A DNA stretch of 24,699 bases from a virus (IMGVR_UViG_3300050147_000044:1-24699), one strand, 5' to 3'; positions 15,717 through 24,699 are shown, numbered from the stretch's first letter. Numbers and translations: made by a program. The notes: generated by a model from the letters alone, not told the origin.

Positions 15717-15760
15717 AGGTACTCCTGGGCCCTCGCGCCCGAGGGTAATTCCTTAGGGGG
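15717..15760 (+). other. Candidate cos/packaging region
   Basis: Non-coding gap just before terS; AGGTACTCC (cosQ-like, compare lambda GGGTCCT), then dyad CCCTCG-N4-CGAGGG and TAATTCC. Confidence 0.45.
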
Positions 15761-15769
15761 TTATGTCGC

Positions 15770-16261
15770 GTGAGCACGATAGATCTGACCTCGGTTTTGA
15801 GCCAGGAAGCCTTTGGTGAACTGGTCGGCATCAGCCAGCCGGCGGTGAGCGACCTCATGAAGCGAGGCGTGCTTGTCGAGGCGCAGACGTGCGGGGTCTG
15901 GCTGCTGGCCTACACAGCTCACCTGCGCGAGCAGGCGGCAGGCCGTGGCGCCGATGGCGAGCTGGCGAACGAGCGCGCGCGGCTGGCGCGCGAGCAAGCG
16001 GATGCGCAGGCCATGAAGAACGCGCTGTCGCGCAAGAACGTGGCGCCAGTGACTGTGCTCGAAGAGGTCCTGGCGCATGTGGGGCGGCAGATCGCCACAG
16101 TGCTTGAGGGCATCCAGCCCAAACTGCGGCGGCGCCACCCCGAGCTGACGCCCGAGCAACTGCAGGCGATCGCGTCCGAGCTGGCCCGAGCCCGCCAGCT
16201 CGCGGCTACTGTGAACCTGAGTGCACTGGACGCCGAGCGCGCTCAGCTCGAAGAGGATTGA
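15770..16261 (+). CDS. Terminase small subunit (lambda Nu1-like), 163 aa
   Basis: N-terminal HTH SQEAFGELVGISQPAVS; coiled ERARLAREQADAQAMKN; directly upstream of terL. Confidence 0.9.
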   Translation: MSTIDLTSVLSQEAFGELVGISQPAVSDLMKRGVLVEAQTCGVWLLAYTAHLREQAAGRGADGELANERARLAREQADAQAMKNALSRKNVAPVTVLEEVLAHVGRQIATVLEGIQPKLRRRHPELTPEQLQAIASELARARQLAATVNLSALDAERAQLEED

Positions 16262-16262
16262 C

Positions 16263-18362
16263 ATGGACCACGGCGAACTGCTCAAGGTCATTGACGCCGC
16301 TGGGCCTGAGCTGCGGCAGGCGCTCGATGCCGTGATCCGCCGCGGCCTTGAGCCGCTGCAAGTGCGCGACCCGATGCGCGCCAGCGAGTGGGCCAGCGAG
16401 CACTTCTACTTGTCGGCTGAAAGCAGCTACGAAGAGCAGCGCTGGCAGGCCTACCCATTCCAGCCCGCAATCCTGGATGCGATGGGATCGGATGACATTG
16501 AAGAGGTCGATGTCATGAAGTCGGCCCGGGTGGGATACACAAAGATGGCCTTGGCCGTGATGGGCTACATGGCCGAGCACAAGCGCCGCAATCAGGTGCT
16601 GTATCAGCCTACAGACGATGACCGCGATGAGTTCGTCACGACCGAGCTGGAACCGATGCTGCGCGACGTGCCGGTGATGCGCCGCGTGTTTCCAAAGTTC
16701 AACCGCAAGAGCAAGGACAACACGCTCAAGGTCAAGCGGTTCATGGGTTGCCTGCTGCACACGCGTGGCGGCAAGGCGGCGAAGAACTACCGGCGCTTGA
16801 CGGTCGACACAGTCATCCTTGATGAGCTGGACGGCTTCGATGCTGACGTCGAGAAAGAGGGCTCACCGGACAAGCTCGCATGGAAGCGCACCGAGGGTGC
16901 CGTCTTCCGCAAGATGATTGCGGGCACCACGCCCAAGCTGCGCGGCTTCAGCCTGATCGAGGCGCGGGCCGATCGCGCCGAGCTGCGCATGAGGTATCAG
17001 GTGCCCTGCACCCACTGTGGTGAGCGCTTCGCTTTGACCTGGGGCGGCAAGGATGTGGCTACCGGCATGAAGTGGGTCAACGATGACCCGGACAGCGTGG
17101 CCCAGGTCTGCCCTCACGATGGGTGTGGCGGCTTGATGACGCAGGCCGACTACCTGCGCGCCTGGCAGCATGGCCGATGGGTGGCACAAGACGGCACATG
17201 GATAACAGCCGACTTTCGCTTCATCAGGATCGACGGCAATGAGCGCCCCGCACCGCGCCACATCGCATTCCACGTGTGGACGGCCTACAGCCCTCAAACG
17301 ACTTGGTCAGCCATCGTGCGCGAGTTCATGGCTGCAGCCGACAAAGCCAAGCGCGGTGACAAGTCCGACCTCAAGACCTTTGTGAATACAACGCTTGGCG
17401 AGACCTGGGAAGAAGAGGTCGAGAAGACCGAGGCATCAGCACTGGCGCAGCGCGCGAAGAAGTCGGCCACACCCTACAGCGTGGGCACTGTGCCGCGTGG
17501 TGGCTTAGTGCTGGCCACGGGTGTCGACGTGCAGTCAGACCGCTGGGAGCTGGTGACTTGGGCCTTTGGCCGTGGTGAGGAAATGTGGGCTATCGATTAC
17601 ACCGTGGTCTACGGCAACCCAGGCGATCAGCGCGAGTGGGAAGCCAAGCTGGCGCCGATGCTGGAGCGGCAGTTTCAGCACCGCAATGGCCCGTGGATGG
17701 CAGTCAAGGCGGCAGCCATTGACACGGGTGGACACTTCACACACCAGGCCTATGTCTTCACGCGCAACCACAGCAACAAGAGCTGTTACGCGATCAAAGG
17801 CGAAAGCCGACCGGGCCAGCCGATCAAGGGCCGCAAGTCATTCGTGGATGTGAACGAGCGGGGGCGCGTGATCAAGCGTGGTGCCTCGCTTTGGCTGGTC
17901 GGTACCGACACGGCCAAGGACTTGCTGCATGGACGCTTTGCCGTGGCCCAGCCGGGGCCCGGCTACGTGCACTTCCCGCTGGACATGCCTGCAGATTTTT
18001 ATACCCAGATCACGAGCGAAAGCCGCGTGCTGGCGCGTACTGCCCGGGGCGATGACTACCGCTGGATCAAGCCCTCAGGCGCACGCAACGAAGTGCTTGA
18101 CTGCACGGTGTACGCACTGTTCTGCGCGCAAGCGCTTGACTTGCACAAGTACTCAGACCTGATGTGGCAGCGGCTGGAGTCCGCGCTGGAGCCGGATCTG
18201 TTCGACGCCGCCGCACCACCCCCTGCACCCACTTTGCCGATGGGCAACACCATAGTGCCCGTCACCTCGGCGCAGCATGCGCCCGTACCAGTGCAGTCGA
18301 GTGCACGGATGGTGCCTGTGTCATCAACCCCCATGGCCCCACCAGAATGGAACCGACTGTGA
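16263..18362 (+). CDS. Terminase large subunit (lambda gpA family), 699 aa
   Basis: KSARVGYTK Walker A, ILDELDGF Walker B, GTTPK, nuclease motifs GVDVQ, IDTGG, RNEVLDC. Confidence 0.97.
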   Translation: MDHGELLKVIDAAGPELRQALDAVIRRGLEPLQVRDPMRASEWASEHFYLSAESSYEEQRWQAYPFQPAILDAMGSDDIEEVDVMKSARVGYTKMALAVMGYMAEHKRRNQVLYQPTDDDRDEFVTTELEPMLRDVPVMRRVFPKFNRKSKDNTLKVKRFMGCLLHTRGGKAAKNYRRLTVDTVILDELDGFDADVEKEGSPDKLAWKRTEGAVFRKMIAGTTPKLRGFSLIEARADRAELRMRYQVPCTHCGERFALTWGGKDVATGMKWVNDDPDSVAQVCPHDGCGGLMTQADYLRAWQHGRWVAQDGTWITADFRFIRIDGNERPAPRHIAFHVWTAYSPQTTWSAIVREFMAAADKAKRGDKSDLKTFVNTTLGETWEEEVEKTEASALAQRAKKSATPYSVGTVPRGGLVLATGVDVQSDRWELVTWAFGRGEEMWAIDYTVVYGNPGDQREWEAKLAPMLERQFQHRNGPWMAVKAAAIDTGGHFTHQAYVFTRNHSNKSCYAIKGESRPGQPIKGRKSFVDVNERGRVIKRGASLWLVGTDTAKDLLHGRFAVAQPGPGYVHFPLDMPADFYTQITSESRVLARTARGDDYRWIKPSGARNEVLDCTVYALFCAQALDLHKYSDLMWQRLESALEPDLFDAAAPPPAPTLPMGNTIVPVTSAQHAPVPVQSSARMVPVSSTPMAPPEWNRL

Positions 18363-18700
18363 GCGACCGCCCTGAGTACCTCGAAGACGATGCAGCTGTG
18401 CAGCTGGAGGCTGACATCGAAGGGATCATCGTAGAGTGGATCGGCATGAAGCCCCAGCTGGCGGGCCTGCACGCCAAGCTGATCGTTCAGGGCATGCGTG
18501 ATCGGCTCGGAGGCAAGCGGGTGTACATCCCGGCGCCGCGCTTGCGCAGGCACATGCAAGAGGCACAGCAGTCGCGGGATCAGCAGATCGCGGCCATGTT
18601 CAACGGTCGAAACATCAAGGAAGTGATGCGGGTGTTCGATGTCTCACGCCGCACCGTGTACAACGCGCTGGCCCGCACACGCCCCAAGTTGTGCACGTGA
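18359..18700 (+). CDS. Mor/C-family transcription activator, 113 aa
   Basis: LGGKRVYIP...RDQQIAAMFNGRNIKEVMRVFDVSRRTVYN; GTGA overlap with the terL stop. Confidence 0.85.
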   Translation: MSDRPEYLEDDAAVQLEADIEGIIVEWIGMKPQLAGLHAKLIVQGMRDRLGGKRVYIPAPRLRRHMQEAQQSRDQQIAAMFNGRNIKEVMRVFDVSRRTVYNALARTRPKLCT

Positions 18701-18719
18701 CCGCATAGACGTTGCACAA
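18689..18719. promoter_or_regulatory. Dyad upstream of the capsid gene; candidate late-promoter activator site
   Basis: TTGTGCA-N17-TGCACAA; AACACT lies 7 nt before the ATG at 18742. Confidence 0.45.
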
Positions 18720-18741
18720 GGCGCTCGGAACACTGAGCGCC

Positions 18742-20817
18742 ATGAGCACAAACCCAACTTGGTATTCGATCCGTCGCCGGACCGCCTCGGCCCGAGCAGC
18801 TGCAGCAGCTGCAGGTGACGGCGCAGCCTCGACTGCGGCAGAGGTTTTGATCTTCGGCGACATCGGCGACAGCTGGTGGGGCGAGTTTGTCACGGCCAAG
18901 CAGTTCATTGACGAGATCTCGGCGCTGAGCGTTGACACCATGACGGTGCGCATCAACAGCGCTGGTGGCTCAGTGCCTGATGGCCTGGCCATCTACAACG
19001 CGCTCAAGCGCCACCCGGCTCACATCACCACAGTCAACGAAGGCATGGCCATGTCCATTGCCTCATTGATCTTGATGGCAGGCGACACGGTCGAGATGGC
19101 CGAGAACTCGCTGTTGATGATCCACGCGCCTTGGACCTATGCCGGCGGCAACTCGGTGGACCTACGCGCCACTGCTGACATGCTGGACAAGTGGGCCCAG
19201 GCCATGTCTGCCAGCTATGCGGCCAAGTCGGGCCGACCAGCTGCCGAGATGCTGGGCTGGCTGACCGATGGCCAGGACCACTATTTCACCGCTGCCGAGG
19301 CGCAGACAGAGAAGCTGGTGGATGTCGTCGTTTCTGCTATGCCCGTCGCGGCTATGGCAGGCGCCGACGTTGACCGTTACCGCGTATTGGCTGCAGCGCG
19401 TGCTGCAGGCCATGCGGCACCCCTGGCGGCTCCCGCCGCTCAATCCTCCTTGGAGATCAAACCCATGCCTCAGGCAACGAACCCGGCGGGCACCACTACG
19501 TCCGCACTGACTGACCCTGCAGCGATTCGCGCGCAGGCCCTGCAAGAAGACGCGGCCCGCCGCTCGGGCATCACTGCTGCCTTCAAGCCCTTCATGGACC
19601 GCGAAGGCGTGCAGGCACTGTTGGTGACCTGCACGGATGACACCGCCTGCGATGTGCAAGCAGCGAACAACAAGCTGCTGGCTGCGCTGGCACAAGGCGC
19701 TACGCCGCTGGCTGGCGGCTATGTGACGACGGTGGAAGACGAGGCCGACAAGCAGATCAAGGCGACCACGCAGGCGCTGGCTGCACGCGCTGGCCTGGAG
19801 AAGCTGGACACCGCCAACCCTGTGCGTGGTGAGTCGCTGTACGACATGGCCCGTGCCTCGCTGGCCCGTGCTGGCGTTCGCACGACCGGCATGGACAAGA
19901 TGGCTGTGGTGGCTGGTGCCTTTACCCACTCAACCAGCGATTTCACGAATCTGCTCGCCAACATTGCGAACAAGTCGATGCTCAAGGGCGTGGAAGAAGC
20001 TGACGAGACCTTCGCGCTGTGGACCGCTCGCGGTGAGCTGACCGACTTCAAGCCCGCCAAGCGTGTGGGCCTGAACAGCTTTGGCTCGCTGCCCAAGGTG
20101 GCCGAGGGTGGCGAATACGAGTTCGGCTCGATTGGCGACCGTGGCAACAGCATCGTGCTGGCCAAGTTCGGCAAGCGCTTCAACATCACCCGTGAGGCCA
20201 TCATCAATGATGACCTGAGCTCGTTCACCCGCATCCCGCGCGTGATGGGCCGCGCTGCCATCCGCACCGTGGGTGACCTGGTTTACTCGGTGCTGACCAG
20301 CAACCCTGTGCTGGACGAAGACGGCGTCGCGCTGTTCCACGCCAGCCACTCGAACTTGCTGACTGCTGCGGCCATCACGACCGCCTCGGTTGACCTGATG
20401 CGCGTGGCCATGGGCAAGCAAAAGCTGCCCGGCCAGACCAGCGGCAGCTCGAACATCCGCATGGCCTACCTGCTGACACCTCTGGCGCTGGAAGGCACAG
20501 CCAATGTGGTGCGCAACAGCGAGTTCGAGGTGGGTGGTGCAGCGGCCAACCAGCGCGCTGTGCCCAACAGCGTGCGCAACACCTTTGAGGTGGTCGCTGA
20601 TGCCCGCCTGGACAGCGCCAGCGCCACCGGTTGGTATGGCACTGCGAGCTCGGCCATCAACGACACCATCGAGGTCTCCTACCTCAACGGCAACGACCGC
20701 CCCACGCTGGAGCAGCAAGCGGGCTGGGCTGTTGATGGTGTGGAGTTCAAGGTGCGCATGGAGGCCGGTGTTGCACCGCTGGACTTCCGTGGCATGGCCA
20801 AGAACCCCGGCGCCTGA
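18742..20817 (+). CDS. ClpP-type prohead protease fused to major capsid protein, 691 aa
   Basis: RINSAGGSV, AMSIAS (Ser), MIHAP (His), YFTAAEA; C-half HSTSDF, DFK, FNITREAIINDD, DFRG typical of ClpP-capsid fusions. Confidence 0.94.
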   Translation: MSTNPTWYSIRRRTASARAAAAAAGDGAASTAAEVLIFGDIGDSWWGEFVTAKQFIDEISALSVDTMTVRINSAGGSVPDGLAIYNALKRHPAHITTVNEGMAMSIASLILMAGDTVEMAENSLLMIHAPWTYAGGNSVDLRATADMLDKWAQAMSASYAAKSGRPAAEMLGWLTDGQDHYFTAAEAQTEKLVDVVVSAMPVAAMAGADVDRYRVLAAARAAGHAAPLAAPAAQSSLEIKPMPQATNPAGTTTSALTDPAAIRAQALQEDAARRSGITAAFKPFMDREGVQALLVTCTDDTACDVQAANNKLLAALAQGATPLAGGYVTTVEDEADKQIKATTQALAARAGLEKLDTANPVRGESLYDMARASLARAGVRTTGMDKMAVVAGAFTHSTSDFTNLLANIANKSMLKGVEEADETFALWTARGELTDFKPAKRVGLNSFGSLPKVAEGGEYEFGSIGDRGNSIVLAKFGKRFNITREAIINDDLSSFTRIPRVMGRAAIRTVGDLVYSVLTSNPVLDEDGVALFHASHSNLLTAAAITTASVDLMRVAMGKQKLPGQTSGSSNIRMAYLLTPLALEGTANVVRNSEFEVGGAAANQRAVPNSVRNTFEVVADARLDSASATGWYGTASSAINDTIEVSYLNGNDRPTLEQQAGWAVDGVEFKVRMEAGVAPLDFRGMAKNPGA

Positions 20818-20828
20818 TCAACCCTGAT

Positions 20829-20852
20829 GGCGTAGCCCACGTGGGCTACGCC
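20829..20852. other. Perfect 24-bp palindrome between the capsid and DUF2190-like genes
   Basis: GGCGTAGCCCAC|GTGGGCTACGCC. Confidence 0.85.
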
Positions 20853-20880
20853 GCCGCCTCCTTTTGAAGGACCTCACATC

Positions 20881-21204
20881 ATGAAGAACTCGATTTCGAC
20901 CGGGAGCGTTGTCCCGCATACGCCGACCGCCGCTGTGACCTCTGGCCTGATGGTGCTGATCGGCACCCGTGTTGGCGTGGCTGTGGCTGACATTGCCGCC
21001 AACGCCACGGGCTCGCTGCAAGTGGTTGGCGAGTTCCTGGTTCCCAAGCTGTCGACCGACTCCGGCGCGCAAGGTGCTGCCCTGTATTGGGACAACACGA
21101 ACAAGCGCTTGACCACGACCGCCGCTGGCAACACCTATGCGGGCTGGGCCACGCGGCCATTCGCCAGCGGTGATGCATCGGTCTATATCAAGATCAACAA
21201 CTGA
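20881..21204 (+). CDS. DUF2190-like capsid cement/decoration protein, 107 aa
   Basis: MKN...VTSG..V..G...GVA..DIAA...LYWD...LTTTAAGNTYAG; directly after the capsid gene. Confidence 0.85.
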   Translation: MKNSISTGSVVPHTPTAAVTSGLMVLIGTRVGVAVADIAANATGSLQVVGEFLVPKLSTDSGAQGAALYWDNTNKRLTTTAAGNTYAGWATRPFASGDASVYIKINN

Positions 21205-21218
21205 TCTGCGGCGCCACC

Positions 21219-21515
21219 ATGGACTTCCCCTTGTCCGCTCTGTATGCCGCCCTGGCTGAGCCGTGTACCTACACGCCAGCCTCGGGTGGTGCCTCTGCAC
21301 TGATCACCGCTGTGCTGGATGCGCATCCCGGTGATGTGCTGGGGGGCGAACAGGTGTCCACGCGCTATGAGGTGCGGGTGCCCGCTGACTTCGTGGCTGG
21401 CGCTGTGGGCCGTGGTGCGCGGTTCGTGATCAGCGGTGTGATCTATGAGGCCACGCGCGCTGGTCAGCCCATCTTGGATGGCCGCGAGCTTTCTGTGCCG
21501 GTACGGGTGGTGTGA
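21219..21515 (+). CDS. Head-tail joining protein (gpFII-like), 98 aa
   Basis: Position, size and beta-rich pattern (GARFVISGVIYE). Confidence 0.7.
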   Translation: MDFPLSALYAALAEPCTYTPASGGASALITAVLDAHPGDVLGGEQVSTRYEVRVPADFVAGAVGRGARFVISGVIYEATRAGQPILDGRELSVPVRVV

Positions 21516-21925
21516 TGGCCAGCACGGTTGAGCAGCTCCTGGTTCAGGTCCATGCCTCGCTTGTTGGCACCACGGCTGCTGGCACACGCGTGACGCGTGG
21601 CCGCGCCGATGCCTTCGACCGCGCCGAGCTGCCGGCACTGAATGTGCGCCGGGCTACGACAGGTGTTGAGGCCTGGGCTGACGGCCTGGACTTGGTGACC
21701 GTGGTGTTTGACCTGGACTGTGAAGTGCGCGGTGAGGACTGGGAAACCACCTCTGACGCGCTCCACCTGGCTGCTGATACCGCAATGCAAAGCAATGCCG
21801 CCTTGAATGCCATGGTGCGCGGCTTTCGCTGCGAAAGCACCGAGGCAACCGGCGAAGCTGGCGACGACGTTGCTGGCCGCTTGACAGCCCGTTACAGGGC
21901 TCAATTTCTTCAACGGCGCGCTTGA
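21515..21925 (+). CDS. Tail terminator (gpU-like), about 136 aa
   Basis: Lies before the tail tube gene; RVTRGR...ELPALNV; start is 21512 (GTG) or 21515 (ATG). Confidence 0.7.
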   Translation: MASTVEQLLVQVHASLVGTTAAGTRVTRGRADAFDRAELPALNVRRATTGVEAWADGLDLVTVVFDLDCEVRGEDWETTSDALHLAADTAMQSNAALNAMVRGFRCESTEATGEAGDDVAGRLTARYRAQFLQRRA

Positions 21926-21953
21926 GTGCGGCCTTGTTTTTGAGAGGATCACC

Positions 21954-22712
21954 ATGTTGAACTTCGGTACGGGCAAGCTCATTGCGGTGCCCACCAATCT
22001 GGCCGATGGCAGCGTCATTGCCACGCCTACCCCCGTCCGCCTGGGCACCATGCAAGACATCAGCGTGGACATGTCGCTCGAAATGAAGACAGTCTACGGT
22101 GGCAAGCGTTACCCCCTTGGCGCTGGGCAGGGCAAGGGCAAGATTGCGATCAAGGCAAAGTATGCCGACATTGACGGCAAGATCCTGGGCTCGCTGTTCT
22201 ACGGTAAGGCCTCGGTGGCGGGCATCAAGGGTGCGGTGTTTGACAACCTTCAGACCGTGCCTGCATCAGGTGCTTACACGGTCACCGTGGCGCCACCCAA
22301 TAGCGGCACTTTTGCGGAAGACCTCGGGGTGCTCTACTCTGGCCTGGGCGTGCAACTCAAGCGCACTGACAGCGCTACGCCCAATGCGGGTGAGTACAGC
22401 GTTGCGGCGGGTGTGTACACCTTCAACGCTGCCGACAAGAGCAAGGCCATGCTGTTCAGCTATGAGTACACCGCCAGCAGTGCGGCGGGCGAGATTTTCA
22501 CCATCACGAACGAGGTCATGGGCTACACGCCCTCGTTCAAGTTGCTGCTGCAAAACCAGTACGACGGCAAGACGATGGTGCTCAAGCTGCACCGCTGCGT
22601 CAGCAACAAGCTCAACATCCCCCTCAAGAACGACGACTACGCCTTGTACGACTTTGAGGCCGAAGCCTTCGCCAACGCAGCTGACGAAGTCGGCTACATC
22701 TGCCTGTTCTGA
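21954..22712 (+). CDS. Major tail tube protein, 252 aa
   Basis: GAGAGGA RBS; position; FGTG...LGTMQDISVD...LKNDDY...FEAEAF. Confidence 0.8.
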   Translation: MLNFGTGKLIAVPTNLADGSVIATPTPVRLGTMQDISVDMSLEMKTVYGGKRYPLGAGQGKGKIAIKAKYADIDGKILGSLFYGKASVAGIKGAVFDNLQTVPASGAYTVTVAPPNSGTFAEDLGVLYSGLGVQLKRTDSATPNAGEYSVAAGVYTFNAADKSKAMLFSYEYTASSAAGEIFTITNEVMGYTPSFKLLLQNQYDGKTMVLKLHRCVSNKLNIPLKNDDYALYDFEAEAFANAADEVGYICLF

Positions 22713-22723
22713 TTGGGGACGTG

Positions 22724-23101
22724 ATGAGCGAAAAGACCATCACGCTGGGCGGCCAGCCCTTCGCCATCGCAGCTTTGCCTCTGGGCAAGCTGCGCAAGGT
22801 GATCCCTGCCATCAGTCACGTCAGCGTGGCCATGTCACGCGTGAGCGCCGACAGCATGCTGGACGAGGCTGTGTTTTCGTCTGTGGCCGTGGCGTTGTCC
22901 GTCTGCCTGGGCAAGACGCTGGACGAGGTCGAGGCCATGCCCATGAGCCTGGACGAGATCATCCAGGCCGTGACGGCCATTGCTGAGGTGTGCGGCCTAG
23001 CCGCCAAGCCCGCAGCCTCGGGGGAGGCTCAGCCGGGGACCTCGGGGACCTCCCTGGCGCTGACCTCGACCCCATCGACCGACTCATCGCTCACGTCGTG
23101 A
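22724..23101 (+). CDS. Tail assembly chaperone (gpG-like), about 125 aa
   Basis: Between the tail tube and tape measure genes; overlapped by a -1 frame ORF. Confidence 0.75.
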   Translation: MSEKTITLGGQPFAIAALPLGKLRKVIPAISHVSVAMSRVSADSMLDEAVFSSVAVALSVCLGKTLDEVEAMPMSLDEIIQAVTAIAEVCGLAAKPAASGEAQPGTSGTSLALTSTPSTDSSLTS

Positions 23102-23364
23102 CGATGACGGGCTGGACCTGGTCGCACGTGTCCTCAGAGGTCACGCTGCCCCAGGTTCAGGCCCTGTCTGCGTACTGGGTCCACCAGCCGCCTTTGGTGC
23201 TGCTTGTGGGCCGCTTGTGTCGGTATGTGGGGGTTGACGTGAGCCAGCCCAAGCGCACGGTTGCACGCACCTCGCAAGAGGCCATCACTGAAGCGATGTC
23301 GGCAGGTCTGCCCATCGCACATGGCCGCCCGGACGACCCGGACCTGGCCTTTCTGGACGAGTGA
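23020..23364 (+). CDS. Tail assembly chaperone extension (gpT-like), probably reached by -1 frameshift
   Basis: ORF 22990..23364 is in the -1 frame; GGGGGAG at 23020-23026; TGWTWSHV...TLPQVQALSAYWVHQPP. Confidence 0.68.
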   Translation, partial: GGGSAGDLGDLPGADLDPIDRLIAHVVTMTGWTWSHVSSEVTLPQVQALSAYWVHQPPLVLLVGRLCRYVGVDVSQPKRTVARTSQEAITEAMSAGLPIAHGRPDDPDLAFLDE

Positions 23365-23366
23365 CC

Positions 23367-24699
23367 ATGACCGAAGCCAAGATCATTCTGACCGGCGACG
23401 AGGGCCCTCTGCGGCGCTCGCTCGCTGCTGCGCGGGACAACCTCAACACCTTCGGCAACGAAGCGCTGGAGCCCTTCGCCAAGCTGCGCGATGCGCTGGG
23501 CAACATCGGCAACATCATGGCCGGCATCGGTGTGGTCAAGCTCACACAGCTGGCTGACGATGCGGCGCTCATTCAAGCGCGGCTCAAGGATGTGTCTGGC
23601 TCGTTCGTGGCTGCACAGAAGGCGCAAGAGCAGCTGTATGCCGCCTCGCAGCGCCTGGCCGTAAGCTACAGCGACTTGGCCGGCTCCTTCTCGAAGATGC
23701 TGCCTGCCGTCAAGCAGATGGGGGGCGGTGCAAACGAGGCGGTGCGCCTGGCTGAGATCCTGGCCGTGACAGCGCGGCTGGCTGGCGCCTCGACCGAAGA
23801 GGCCTCGGCCAGCGCGCAGCAGTTCGCTCAGGCGCTGAGCAGCGGCGTGCTGCAGGGTGACGAGCTCAAGAGCATCCTGGAGAACAACAACACCCTGGCG
23901 CGTGCCCTGGCCGATGGCCTGGGCGTGACGGTGGGTGAGCTGCGCAAGCTGGGCAGCGAAGGCAAGCTGACTTCAGACAAGGTCGCGCAGGCCTTGCTCG
24001 GTCAATACGATGCGATCGAGGCCCGCAGCTCGGGCCTGCCCGCTACCGTGGGGGGCGCATGGTTGCAGGTGACCAATGCATTCGAGCAGTTCGTTGCTGC
24101 CGCGAACGATGGCACGGGCGTGTTCTCTGGCCTGTCTGCCGTCATGTCCGGCCTGGCCCGCTTGATTGATGCCGTGCGTGTGAGCTTGAGCAGCACCAGC
24201 AGCGAAGCCGACAAGCTGGGCAAGAACAACAGCATCAAGGCGTGGGGTGAATCGGTCGGGGCGATCTTTGCTTATGTGGTCGATCTGGGCCGCGCGGTTT
24301 ACGAGTCGATCGCGCTGGTGGGCAAGCAGCTGGCCGCGCTGGCCGCTGCGGGTGTGGCGGTGGCGCATGGTGAGTTCGAGCAGGCCTCAGCCATCATGCG
24401 GGCCTACGAAGAGGACTTTACTGCCAGCTGGAACCGCATCAAGAGCCTGACGACCGGCGGCGAGGGCAGCACGCTGCAAAGCTACGCCCTCAACACGGGC
24501 CAGTCTGCGCCTGCGACCACATCGACAGCCAAGCTGCGTAGCACTGCCAGTACGAAGGATAAAAAGAAAAAGGGCGAGGGTGATGACGGCACCATGTCGC
24601 TGCTGGAGGCTAAGCTGGCCGACGAAAAGGCCGCACTGGTGAAAAGCAATCAGCTGCTCGACCAGGCGCGCGAGTATGAGCTGCGCTACTGGAGCGAAG
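23367..24699 (+). CDS. Tape measure protein (partial, runs off the window)
   Basis: ATG at 23367 (MTEAKIILTGDEG...); tape-measure motif QFAQALSSGVLQGDELKSILENN...LRKLGSEGKLT; Ala-rich; no stop seen. Confidence 0.92.
   Translation, partial: MTEAKIILTGDEGPLRRSLAAARDNLNTFGNEALEPFAKLRDALGNIGNIMAGIGVVKLTQLADDAALIQARLKDVSGSFVAAQKAQEQLYAASQRLAVSYSDLAGSFSKMLPAVKQMGGGANEAVRLAEILAVTARLAGASTEEASASAQQFAQALSSGVLQGDELKSILENNNTLARALADGLGVTVGELRKLGSEGKLTSDKVAQALLGQYDAIEARSSGLPATVGGAWLQVTNAFEQFVAAANDGTGVFSGLSAVMSGLARLIDAVRVSLSSTSSEADKLGKNNSIKAWGESVGAIFAYVVDLGRAVYESIALVGKQLAALAAAGVAVAHGEFEQASAIMRAYEEDFTASWNRIKSLTTGGEGSTLQSYALNTGQSAPATTSTAKLRSTASTKDKKKKGEGDDGTMSLLEAKLADEKAALVKSNQLLDQAREYELRYWSE

Larger units (their letters stand above)
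1..24699. mobile_element. Temperate lambdoid (pro)phage, internal segment; both ends lie outside the window
   Basis: Divergent cI/cro switch, cII-like gene, primase-helicase, Nu1/gpA-type terminase, ClpP-capsid fusion, tail genes and tape measure in lambdoid order. Confidence 0.97.

Overview
GC-rich segment of a temperate lambdoid siphophage or prophage. A betaproteobacterial host is my inference from composition and gene families. Left to right: (1) a leftward early/accessory operon (about 22-9526, minus strand, many ATGA-coupled genes) with a C5 DNA methyltransferase, an ASCH-like protein and a large ParB-family protein; (2) an immunity region with a moron, a cI-like repressor lacking a peptidase domain, cro, a cII-like gene and seven candidate 13-bp operators; (3) a TOPRIM primase-SF3 helicase fusion followed by an iteron-like candidate origin; (4) lambda-type terminase genes, a Mor-family activator, a ClpP-major capsid fusion and head-tail/tail genes, ending in a tape measure gene cut by the window edge. 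The most unusual signal is at the far left. A complete integron-type attC site (568-634) and the end of a second one (1-27) bracket a 607-bp cassette-like unit. Its genes run opposite to the canonical cassette orientation, and it shares a hairpin+RBS+ATG leader with the next unit. This suggests an attC-based gene-cassette array inside a phage early operon. The portal and gpW genes are also missing from their usual position. No integrase, lysis genes, tRNA or CRISPR array were seen. All calls are by eye from the sequence and the ORF track; no searches were run.
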